A program made the position numbers and the translations under genes. From a bacterium (GTDB lineage Bacteria; Patescibacteriota; Microgenomatia; JAMCZE01), in assembly GCA_021836035.1 (NCBI GenBank), contig JAKBJL010000002.1:3691-67690 (forward strand): a DNA stretch of 64,000 nucleotides, in the 5' to 3' direction. Numbering within the stretch: the stretch's first letter is position 1; each line of letters starts with the position of its first letter. Below, piece by piece: positions 1 to 7,857 of the stretch. Below the pieces are notes generated by a model, which was not told the DNA's origin, ran no database searches, and saw only the letters and a program-made list of their open reading frames with translations.

Positions 1-17
1 ATTTCAGCACGCATATA

Positions 18-350
18 TTATTTTAGGGGACACTCGGAGTTCTTGTGGGTAAAAATTGTTCCCGGGTGAATCTCTTTAATTGCCTGGTTTGTAGCTTCGG
101 TCAGCAAAAGGTTATCACTTTCTTGAATTTCAGCTGATTCTAATTTAAGCGAAGCCCACATCGAGCCTATATCCTCGACCTCACCCAAAGCGAAGGTTTT
201 AACTGTGCGTGGTTTCTGGCCATCTAGATACTCGATCCTAGTTCGTTGTCTACTCGCATAGGCACGGGCCGTATCGTGAAACCGTCCGCAGCACATTGAT
301 GGATCTTCTTTGTATTTTGGACAGTCTGAATAGGGTAAACTTTCAGCCAT
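18..350 (-). CDS. Hypothetical protein (110 aa)
   Basis: Open ORF with upstream TAGTATAAT -10-like box and GAGGT just before the ATG; no recognisable domain. Confidence 0.5.
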   Translation of the reverse strand: MAESLPYSDCPKYKEDPSMCCGRFHDTARAYASRQRTRIEYLDGQKPRTVKTFALGEVEDIGSMWASLKLESAEIQESDNLLLTEATNQAIKEIHPGTIFTHKNSECPLK

Positions 351-467
351 ACCTCATCATTATACTACAGGTTATTACTGAATCCAATTCCGTCAATCAC
401 CTTGCGGCAGTAGCAAGCCTCGGTGTACCCAGTCCCATACCATTAAAGATATAAAGAATCGCTTACC

Positions 468-866
468 GCCGGTCACAAGATTTGTGAACAGATTTTTAAC
501 AAAGACCTTAAAATCAGAGCTGACCAAGCCGGCTTGACTAAACGCGCCCATGCCCACGCTTTCCGCCATTCATATATCATGGAACATATCCGCCGAGGAA
601 CTGATGTCATAACTATCGCTCATCTAGTCGGTCACAAAGATTTGACAACCACGATGAATTACACCAAATATAATTGGGATGATTTACTATGAGGCGCCGA
701 AAACCATCCGTTTTTCTCCATGACTCTCCCGCCGGAGAAGATCCTCGACAAGATTCAGGACTCAATTGATAAATGGCCAATTAAAAATGACCGCCGTTTT
801 AGTCGGACAATCACCCGTAAAGACAATAAAATACTAGTGGAGGTTTCCATAAACGAGGGCGTATAA
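468..866 (+). pseudogene. Tyrosine recombinase/integrase C-terminal remnant
   Basis: Manual translation gives HAHAFRHSY...LVGHKDLTTTMNY (HxxR, LxGH and catalytic Tyr motifs). N-terminus is absent; in-frame TGA at 690-692; frame ends TAA 864-866. Confidence 0.85.
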
Positions 867-873
867 TTTTGTA

Positions 874-1317
874 ATGGACGCCCTAAGTAGTTTGGTCCAT
901 GACTTTAGCCATACTTCCTCCCCTGCCGATGCCATCACTATTGTGCTTCTGATTTCCGTCCTGCACGTTTTAATAAGAGACCGTCGCCAACTTAAAAAGA
1001 ATACCGGAGTGATTAACCAAATCCTCTCGGATTTTGACAAAAGAAGGAAAGAATTTACCCGTTACGAACGATCAATGCTCGCTAAGATTAAAAGGCTGGA
1101 AAAAGGCATTAATAGCAAAGGCGGCAAGCTTAGTGCCATTCAAGCTGTCATTAATGAGAATAAGCTCAGATTTGATGAAATTGACCGAAAATTCTTTGGC
1201 TATTTGGAGCTTCTAGACGCTGACAGGAATAAGAAAGCCAGAATGGTGAGTGAGCTGAAACAAGAATTAAGCGAAGAAGAAAAGAAAATTGCCAAAGAAT
1301 TAAAAGTTAAGCATTAA
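874..1317 (+). CDS. Hypothetical membrane-anchored coiled-coil protein
   Basis: N-terminal hydrophobic helix (AITIVLLISVLHVLI) then K/E-rich helical region; TATAAT at 862-867, 6 nt before the ATG. Confidence 0.7.
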   Translation: MDALSSLVHDFSHTSSPADAITIVLLISVLHVLIRDRRQLKKNTGVINQILSDFDKRRKEFTRYERSMLAKIKRLEKGINSKGGKLSAIQAVINENKLRFDEIDRKFFGYLELLDADRNKKARMVSELKQELSEEEKKIAKELKVKH

Positions 1318-1360
1318 CTCCGCTCTTTCCGGACCTCTGAATACCATCCATAATAATTTC

Positions 1361-2023
1361 ATGGCTAATATGGTTTATGGTTATCTCGACGAATCTCCAA
1401 GTTTACATGACGAGGCCTTTTTCTTCTCTGTAACCATTCTTATTGATGAAATTGCGCTTAATAAAGCCTTGACGCGGATAATCAAGCGGGCCAGAGAAAA
1501 ACTTCCTAAAAAGGAGAGGAAAAAGTTTCCGGAATTGAAGTTTAGCAACTCTTCTCCCAAAATTAGGAACTACATCTTGGAAGCTATCGCTAAGCAACCC
1601 GTAAAAGTGGTGGCAATGGTCGTGGAAACCACGTCTCGCAAAGTCGCTGATGTTCCGGAAAATTATGGCTTGATTGTTGGCTGGTCGCTTGTTGAGGCTG
1701 TTGAACTGCATCCGGCCATTACCCTAACTTTAGATCAGAAGTTTGTCAAAGACAGTGACGTGGTGGCGATGGAAAATACTGTCACCAGAATCGTATTTGG
1801 TAATTCCCCGCACGTTCTTATTAGACTGACTGAGGGAGACAGTCAAGAAAATCCAATGCTACAACTGGCTGATTTTGTTGCCGGCGCTTTTAATTACAAA
1901 TATAACCGCAATGATGACAGTTATTGGAAGCTAATTGAAAAGGTTATCGAGATAGAAAAGGTGGCCAAATGGCTTTCGCTTAAAGCTACAGATAAAGCAC
2001 CTCAAGCCACCAAAAAAGAATAG
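1361..2023 (+). CDS. DUF3800-family protein (RNase H-like acidic motifs)
   Basis: N-terminal YGYLDES, central ELKFS and C-terminal DS...LQLADFVAGA motifs characteristic of DUF3800. Confidence 0.85.
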   Translation: MANMVYGYLDESPSLHDEAFFFSVTILIDEIALNKALTRIIKRAREKLPKKERKKFPELKFSNSSPKIRNYILEAIAKQPVKVVAMVVETTSRKVADVPENYGLIVGWSLVEAVELHPAITLTLDQKFVKDSDVVAMENTVTRIVFGNSPHVLIRLTEGDSQENPMLQLADFVAGAFNYKYNRNDDSYWKLIEKVIEIEKVAKWLSLKATDKAPQATKKE

Positions 2024-2146
2024 TCAATCCCTGGGGATTCTAACCACCGCCTCTTGCGAGGGCTTCTCGCTAGGAGAAGCTTTGCACGGAATGTCGCTGC
2101 TATTTGCTAGCGCATCCTTATCCAGGACTTACTTAACTATTCTCTA
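2012..2146 (-). ncRNA. Putative DUF3800-associated structured RNA, convergent on the DUF3800 gene
   Basis: Terminal inverted repeat 2017-2024/2136-2143 extended by G-U pairs only on the minus strand; inner stem UCCUGG/CCAGGG; three hairpins including CCUC-GCAA-GAGG (GNRA); own promoter; U-tract at 2012-2017. Confidence 0.7.
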
Positions 2147-2152
2147 GTCTGT

Positions 2153-2180
2153 ATTGTACCACTCCTGTCCAAATTTGCAA
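2153..2180 (-). promoter_or_regulatory. Sigma70-type promoter for the putative ncRNA
   Basis: Minus strand reads TTGCAA (2180-2175), 16-nt spacer, TACAAT (2158-2153) with extended-10 TG; no ORF downstream on this strand. Confidence 0.6.
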
Positions 2181-2206
2181 CCACGATTAGATCGCTAAAT
2201 AACAAT

Positions 2207-3265
2207 CTACTTCCGTTTTCTGAGCTTGTAACCCTCTATGACCGGATTCTGTAAAATCTCGTCTTCTGATTGCATATCGTCACCACCAACAATTTTGACT
2301 CTACCACCAAACTTTTCTCCTAGCAGGCGCTCAGCTTCACTTTGTTGACCTGCTTTCGACTTGGCTTCAGCGCTTGCTTTGTCAAACTCATTCGGAAATG
2401 CCTGAGCAAGAGCCATTAAATATGTAGCGTGAATATTCATGGTTGTATCCATTGCATATTTAAAACGTTCGTACACTTCTTCTTGACTCTCCTCCGCGTT
2501 AATACAGGTATAGATCCTGAACGGGATATCGCCTTGGAGAATGTCCCAATGTAAACGCCAATACTGCTCATAAATTCGAGATAGAAAGTCTGGGTTTTTG
2601 ACTGGACCCGGCTTGGGATCACGACGCATCGCCTCTGATGGGCGAATCATTAGCATAATCATTCCCCCAACTTGGATAGGCGTGTTTTCTAATCCACAAA
2701 TGTACTCTTGCTCATCTGTCATTATTTCCGGGCTAACGTCACCCCTGCTAAACAAAGCACGCCGGAAAATCCGTCTGTCAACCTGTCCACGATCTGAAAC
2801 TACCATTCGCAATCCAGAATTTAAATTCTCCAGTGAGGAAATATAACCCATGAAGGTAGCTGTTCCACCTAAAGTGGAATAAGTAAACGGATCTGTATAA
2901 CGCAAATCCCCAAATTTATCTTTAACATTTCTAGCACCTTCAGGAACGAGGGCTAATTTGTAACGTTCGTTTCTAGCCCACAGCTCTTGAAGATAGCGGT
3001 TTATCATCGTCGACTTTCCGGCATCTGGCATTCCCAAAACTTCCACTGCATATGGAACTCTCAAATCCGGTATTGTTTCTGGTGCCATCAACATTCGGCC
3101 CACCTTTGCTACTCGAGAAGGAGGAGTTTCTGCTCCTTTAACTCCTAAATTATTTAGCGCAGATTGAGTAAGAAGTTCTTGTTCCAGAAAAACATGGCGT
3201 AATTCAGAATTTGGATACTTCCTTGAAGCTTCAAGGGCTCGATTGTATCGCCACTTTTCTAGCAT
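2207..3265 (-). CDS. P-loop nucleotide kinase-like protein (thymidylate/dNMP kinase fold)
   Basis: Walker A GMPDAGKST and VVSDRG (DR motif of dTMP kinases), with extra N- and C-terminal extensions. Confidence 0.7.
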   Translation of the reverse strand: MLEKWRYNRALEASRKYPNSELRHVFLEQELLTQSALNNLGVKGAETPPSRVAKVGRMLMAPETIPDLRVPYAVEVLGMPDAGKSTMINRYLQELWARNERYKLALVPEGARNVKDKFGDLRYTDPFTYSTLGGTATFMGYISSLENLNSGLRMVVSDRGQVDRRIFRRALFSRGDVSPEIMTDEQEYICGLENTPIQVGGMIMLMIRPSEAMRRDPKPGPVKNPDFLSRIYEQYWRLHWDILQGDIPFRIYTCINAEESQEEVYERFKYAMDTTMNIHATYLMALAQAFPNEFDKASAEAKSKAGQQSEAERLLGEKFGGRVKIVGGDDMQSEDEILQNPVIEGYKLRKRK

Positions 3266-3283
3266 TAAGCGCTATTTTAACAT

Positions 3284-3499
3284 CTATTTGATAGTTTTCG
3301 ACTTTAACCACGTTCGATTATAAATATAGGTAGCAGCTGGAATAATTGAAATTACTGCCCCCGCAATTGTTACGATGGCTTTCACCAACTCCCCTGCTTG
3401 GTCGGGGATTACGACACCAGTTAGTGCCAAAATTCCAACTGCTTGGGAAATCAGAGTCACATAAAATTCGGTTGATTGATATCCGGGTTTAATATTCAT
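3284..3499 (-). CDS. Putative phage holin
   Basis: 71 aa, two TM segments, KPGYQSTEFY N-terminus, basic C-terminus, GGGGTGA SD; lies downstream of the endolysin. Confidence 0.7.
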   Translation of the reverse strand: MNIKPGYQSTEFYVTLISQAVGILALTGVVIPDQAGELVKAIVTIAGAVISIIPAATYIYNRTWLKSKTIK

Positions 3500-3510
3500 A
3501 TGTTCACCCC

Positions 3511-3690
3511 CTACCTCTGAAAGAAAAAGACTTTTTGTAACAGCAAAATGCCGATTATCAGGATGATCCCAATTTTTAAGATAATAGAATCCAGCCTGCT
3601 AATAACTTTTTCCCAGGATTCGTTTTTCTTTATTTCTAACTTTCCCAAGCGTTCCTTCCAGGAAAGCTTAGCTTGTTCAGTTTTACTCAT
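3511..3690 (-). CDS. Small membrane protein of the lysis module (59 aa, not in the ORF track)
   Basis: MSKTEQAKLSWKERLGK...IILKIGIILIIGILLLQKVFFFQR; ATGA overlap with the amidase stop; C-terminal TM helix. Confidence 0.65.
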   Translation of the reverse strand: MSKTEQAKLSWKERLGKLEIKKNESWEKVISRLDSIILKIGIILIIGILLLQKVFFFQR

Positions 3691-4355
3691 AAGCCCGCCG
3701 TCGCGAGAATTTTTTGAATCTTTTGGGTATTAGTGAAACGCAAATACCATTTACCACCGTTATCAATAATTGCCTTAATCTGAAACAAATCGTTTTTGTA
3801 ATCATGAATTGGAACAACAGGATCAAAAGCTACTCCAAAGGCTTTGCAGATTCCTCTGGCTATAGCACTAGGAATAATTTCCGGATCAACGGCAATAACT
3901 GAGTCGTGAGCGTCTTTGATAACACAGGTTTCAATGATCACGCAGGGAGTTTTTGCTGACAGCATTGACCACCAGTAGTAAAACTTTGTGTTGGCATTCG
4001 ATCTTTCTGGATGATTTGTTATTCCCGAATGAGTAAAATATTCACTTTCAATCGCTTCTTTGATTCTTTTGGATTCCGCATTGGCTGAATCAACTGACGG
4101 ATCGGGGTAATCGATAAATCCACCACCAGTGCCATAAACATTTGCATCACAATGGATTGCCAGCGCGAGATCGAAATCCTCATTGCTTTGGAAGTTGGCA
4201 TCAGCCAGAAATAACTGAAACTTATCTGGAAATCTTGCTAATAAAATTTGAGACACTTTATCCCGAAACCGGATATTGGCAGCTATTTCTCCTGGTGCTC
4301 CGGTTTGTCCGTTAGTCGTATTTTGGTGTCCAGCCTGAATCAAAATTTTAAACAT
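3687..4355 (-). CDS. N-acetylmuramoyl-L-alanine amidase (Amidase_3), phage endolysin
   Basis: Zn-binding/catalytic motifs ILIQAGH, GE, LAIHCDA, PCVIIET. Confidence 0.85.
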   Translation of the reverse strand: MFKILIQAGHQNTTNGQTGAPGEIAANIRFRDKVSQILLARFPDKFQLFLADANFQSNEDFDLALAIHCDANVYGTGGGFIDYPDPSVDSANAESKRIKEAIESEYFTHSGITNHPERSNANTKFYYWWSMLSAKTPCVIIETCVIKDAHDSVIAVDPEIIPSAIARGICKAFGVAFDPVVPIHDYKNDLFQIKAIIDNGGKWYLRFTNTQKIQKILATAGL

Positions 4356-4356
4356 C

Positions 4357-4583
4357 TTATTTCTTGCCTATTAAGGCCATAATGTCATTAAGCGACGAGA
4401 GAACAAATCAAACTAATCCGCCGATTCCGGCAGCAATCCCAATTAGCACTTTCCAGGTGAGACGAAAGTCATGGCGCCAGTGAGTTTGACCGCTGTGCCG
4501 TCTTTAAGCTCAGTGATCGTGGTTATAAGCGCGTCAACTTTCGCTTCTAAGCGAATCAGCAAATCATGATCGGATTTTTGCAT
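4357..4583 (-). pseudogene. XhlA-like phage membrane protein, frameshifted and with a nonsense codon
   Basis: MQKSDHDLLIRLEAKVDAL coiled coil; TM tail WKVLIGIAAGIGGLV*FVLSSL...GKK lies in another frame with an internal TGA. Confidence 0.6.
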
Positions 4584-4599
4584 TTGATCTGATTTTATA

Positions 4600-4782
4600 T
4601 CAGTGAAAGGTAAATACCGTTCCGGCTCCCCCACCAGCTGGAGTATAAGTAACTTCTAGATAGGGTTTATTGCTTGCAGAATATGAATTGTTCCACGAGA
4701 AATTTTCCCCTTGATTGCCACCCATTCCCGGATCATTTTGAGTGTAATCAATGCCACAACGAAGCCCCAGTTTTGAAATTCC
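4600..4782 (-). pseudogene. 3' stub of a phage virion/structural protein gene
   Basis: Start-less 60-codon frame [13 protein letters not shown]...SNKPYLEVTYTP ending in TGA, directly upstream of the lysis genes and abutting truncated ileS. Confidence 0.55.
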
Positions 4783-5200
4783 CGAGCCTTTTCGTCTGTT
4801 CCGTCTGGATCGCGGCGTATTTTAAAACCCTTTCTTTACAGCGGTTGACAAATTCAGCCACACCGTAAACTTCAATGTCTTTTTTTGTTTTAAATCCTAA
4901 TTCTTTTTCTACCTCCACCTCGACCCAGAGACCCTGACAGTCAAAACCGTTTTGAAAACGCTGCCGGTAACCCCGCATGTTATAAAAACGCTGCCAAAGG
5001 TCCTTATAGGTTCTTCCCCAGGCATGATGCACCCCCATGGGGTTATTGGCCGTAATCGGGCCATCCAGAAAGGAAAATTTTTTCCTGGCTTTATCGTTTT
5101 TATGGAGATACTTTGCCACTAATCCACCGGCATACCATTCTTCAAGTAATTTCTTCTCCATCTCCGGAAAATTAATTTTCAGATCAACGGGCTTAAACAT
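4748..5200 (-). pseudogene. ileS: Isoleucyl-tRNA synthetase (type 2), 5' fragment only (~140 codons)
   Basis: [36 protein letters not shown]; homology stops after QTKRLG at about 4781. Confidence 0.9.
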
Positions 5201-5214
5201 GTCTTTATCATAAC

Positions 5215-5244
5215 AAAAAAACCGTCCTCAATTAATAAGGACGG
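5215..5244 (-). terminator. Intrinsic terminator of the ileS T-box
   Basis: CCGTCCTT-loop-GAGGACGG followed by T7 on the minus strand. Confidence 0.85.
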
Positions 5245-5280
5245 CACCCGCCAACCGGCAGGTCTCCGCGATACCACCTT
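5215..5280 (-). promoter_or_regulatory. T-box riboswitch antiterminator/terminator upstream of ileS
   Basis: AAGG-TGGTATC-GCGG...CCGT-CCTT antiterminator, mutually exclusive with the terminator, directly upstream of an aminoacyl-tRNA synthetase gene. Confidence 0.8.
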
Positions 5281-6457
5281 ATTTTCTCTGCCTCATGAAG
5301 GCGGGGATGTCCAACTCGTCAGTCGGCTGTTGTGGCGGCTCTTCTGTCTGGGATTCCTCAGAGATATTAGCGTCATTATCGGGTATCAGGGGATTGGATT
5401 GCCGTTTAAAACCGTTATCGGATAAAATCCCTGTCGGACCGATATAAGGGGTGGAAACCCGAGTTGCCGGGCGGTCCGTGGAAAACTCCCGCAACCGCTG
5501 GCGGCTTTCATCAAAACCGGTGGCAATCACCGTAATTTTAATCTGGTCGACCATAGACTCGTCAAGGGTGGCTCCGAAAATAATATTGGCATCGGCGTCA
5601 GCAGCCGAGGAAATAATTTTTGCCGCTTCATCCACCTCCACCATTGTCATATCCGCCCCGCCGATAATATTAAATAGCACGCCCTTGGCTCCGTCGATCG
5701 TAATTTCAAGAAGCGGCGAGGATATCGCCTGGCGGGCTGCCATCCCGGCCCGATTCTCACCGCTGCCAATCCCGATGCCCATCAAAGCCGAGCCGGCATT
5801 GTTCATAATTGTTCTCACGTCGGCAAAATCAACATTAACCAGTCCCGGCATCGTAATTAAATCGGAAATTCCCTGGACACCGGAAGCCAGCACCGAATCT
5901 ACCATTTTAAAAGCCTCCAGAAGCGAAACTTTTTTATCGACGACTTCTAATATCCGCTGGTTGGGAATGGTAATTAAGGTGTCAACTTTATCTTTGAGGT
6001 TCATTAGCCCTTCCTCGGCGGTTACCATCCTTTTGGTTCCCTCAAAAACAAACGGTTTGGTGACTACCGCGACGGTCAACGCTCCCGAAGCTTTAGCAAT
6101 ATCGGCGACAATCGGAGTGGCTCCCGTTCCGGTCCCTCCGCCCTCTCCGCAGGTAATAAAAACCATATCCGCGTCGGAAATTTTTTCCTTGATTTTTTCC
6201 CCGGATTCTTCCGCCGCCTTTTGACCGATTTCCGGATTGCCGCCGGAACCCAATCCTTTAGTCAGGTTTTCCCCTACCTGGATTTTCGTTGTCGCCTGGC
6301 ATTTCAGGAGCGCTTGAGCATCAGTATTAATGCCCACAAAATCAACGCCGTTCATCGTCCCGGTACCAATCATAGAGGTAACCGCGTTACAACCGGCACC
6401 GCCGACGCCAACTACTTTGATCTTGGCGAATCTGGCGAGATCAGGTTTAATGAGCAT
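5279..6457 (-). CDS. ftsZ: Cell division protein FtsZ
   Basis: [24 protein letters not shown]-terminal LDIPAFMR. Confidence 0.98.
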   Translation of the reverse strand: MLIKPDLARFAKIKVVGVGGAGCNAVTSMIGTGTMNGVDFVGINTDAQALLKCQATTKIQVGENLTKGLGSGGNPEIGQKAAEESGEKIKEKISDADMVFITCGEGGGTGTGATPIVADIAKASGALTVAVVTKPFVFEGTKRMVTAEEGLMNLKDKVDTLITIPNQRILEVVDKKVSLLEAFKMVDSVLASGVQGISDLITMPGLVNVDFADVRTIMNNAGSALMGIGIGSGENRAGMAARQAISSPLLEITIDGAKGVLFNIIGGADMTMVEVDEAAKIISSAADADANIIFGATLDESMVDQIKITVIATGFDESRQRLREFSTDRPATRVSTPYIGPTGILSDNGFKRQSNPLIPDNDANISEESQTEEPPQQPTDELDIPAFMRQRK

Positions 6458-6523
6458 AATTTCACTTGCCCCGGAAAGCAGAAGGACGGCAAGTATTTTA
6501 TTTACCTTTCAATCTTCCAACTT

Positions 6524-7855
6524 CTACGGTAAAAAGCCTTTCACAAAGCTTATTACCCTAGGCAGAATATTTTTGAGGGGTAAATTCTGCCCGATATTAG
6601 CAAAGCCGGAGCTCTTTCGCAAGTCGGCATCCTTTTTCTCCTGAGTATTATTCTTGGCAAAATAGATTAACCCCACCGCGGAGGAATATTGCGGGCCTCC
6701 CAGTTCGTCTATTAAGCCGGTCAGTCCGGAATCGGCTCCTAAAATCGGCGACCCTACCCGGCAAGGCATCACCAAACGGCTGCGGCAAGCTTCTAAAATA
6801 CCCACGGTCTCGGCTCCCCCGCCGGTAACCACAACTCCGCTGGGGGTCAGGCCGGCAAAACCGCTCTTCTGCACTTCCATACCCACAAAAGTAAAAATTT
6901 CCGTTAGCCGGGGTTTAATAATGCCTTCAACTAAAGTTTTCCGGCTCACTTTTTTTACTTCTTCGGATAAACCCAGACTCCCGACATCTAACTCATCATT
7001 GTTTTTTTCCGTCTTCCCGCCTTCTTTAGCCGGCAGGCTTTCATCCGGCGCAACGGCGTATTTTGGCTTACTGGCCAACGCCAGTTTAATTTTCTCCGCG
7101 GACTCTAAAGAAAAACGCAAACCTACGGCTAAATCATTGGTGACATTTCGCGCTCCTACAGGCAAAACCGCGGAGTAAGACAGCGCGCCGTCAACATAGA
7201 TACAAACGTCAGTCGTGCCGGCACCGATATCGACCAAAATAACCCCCAGCTCCTTTTCTGTTTCTGATAATACCGCCTGGGCGCTGGCCAGCCCGGAAAA
7301 TACCAGCGAACGGATATCAATACCCACCTCAGAAATACATTTTGCCAAATTACGGATGGTTGTAGAAGCGCCCGTGATAATCTGGGTTTCCACCTCCAGG
7401 CGTACCCCGGTCATTCCGATCGGGTCTTTAATCCCCTCCTGCCCGTCGACAATAAAGCCCCGGGGTAAAACATGAAGTATTTCCCGCGAAGAGGGAAGGG
7501 AAATCGCTTTTGCCGCCTCAATTACCCGGCGGACATCCTCCGGGGTAATTTCGCCCTCCGGCTCCGAAACGGCGACTACTCCTTTGCTGTTCTGGCTTTG
7601 AATATGCGCCCCCCCGACAGAAACAAAAGACTCGCCGACGGAAACTCCGGCCATTCTTTCCGCCGCCTCCACCCCCGCGGAAACCGCGGCAACGGTAGCT
7701 TCTATATCTACGACCTGGCCCTTTTTTAAGCCATGTGAGTCAACGGTTGAGACCCCGATAACCGAAGAGTTGCCGTCCTTGTCCAGCGTCGTGATTACGG
7801 TGGTAATTTTACTGGACCCGACATCGATAGCCGTAAGAATTTTATCCCGTGCCAT
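6524..7855 (-). CDS. ftsA: Cell division protein FtsA
   Basis: IDVGSSKI, VDIGAGTTD, VVTGGGA; directly upstream of ftsZ. Confidence 0.97.
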   Translation of the reverse strand: MARDKILTAIDVGSSKITTVITTLDKDGNSSVIGVSTVDSHGLKKGQVVDIEATVAAVSAGVEAAERMAGVSVGESFVSVGGAHIQSQNSKGVVAVSEPEGEITPEDVRRVIEAAKAISLPSSREILHVLPRGFIVDGQEGIKDPIGMTGVRLEVETQIITGASTTIRNLAKCISEVGIDIRSLVFSGLASAQAVLSETEKELGVILVDIGAGTTDVCIYVDGALSYSAVLPVGARNVTNDLAVGLRFSLESAEKIKLALASKPKYAVAPDESLPAKEGGKTEKNNDELDVGSLGLSEEVKKVSRKTLVEGIIKPRLTEIFTFVGMEVQKSGFAGLTPSGVVVTGGGAETVGILEACRSRLVMPCRVGSPILGADSGLTGLIDELGGPQYSSAVGLIYFAKNNTQEKKDADLRKSSGFANIGQNLPLKNILPRVISFVKGFLP

Positions 7856-7857
7856 TC

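Larger units (their letters stand above)
468..4782. mobile_element. Degraded prophage/integrative element remnant
   Basis: Integrase relic, holin-like gene, amidase endolysin, XhlA-like relic and virion-gene stub; AT-richer than the dcw region by eye. Left boundary is uncertain. Confidence 0.75.

Noticed and set aside
351-467. Prophage att site next to the integrase relic
   Set aside because: No tRNA fragment or direct repeat matching the other end could be identified.
2030-2050. GGTTAGAATCCC (minus strand) as part of a tRNA gene or attachment site
   Set aside because: No cloverleaf, anticodon arm or CCA end; treated as a T-loop-like element of the ncRNA.
690-4420. In-frame TGA codons in two phage genes suggesting TGA recoding (code 25/4)
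   Set aside because: The amidase ends at TGA in an ATGA overlap with the next gene, host genes also stop at TGA, and both affected genes carry other lesions; nonsense mutations are simpler.
4600-4782. Intron or intein interrupting ileS
   Set aside because: The downstream sequence reads as a phage protein stub, no splicing motifs were seen and ileS does not resume in the window.
5451-6224. 257-aa plus-strand ORF
   Set aside because: Antisense shadow of ftsZ with no domain features.
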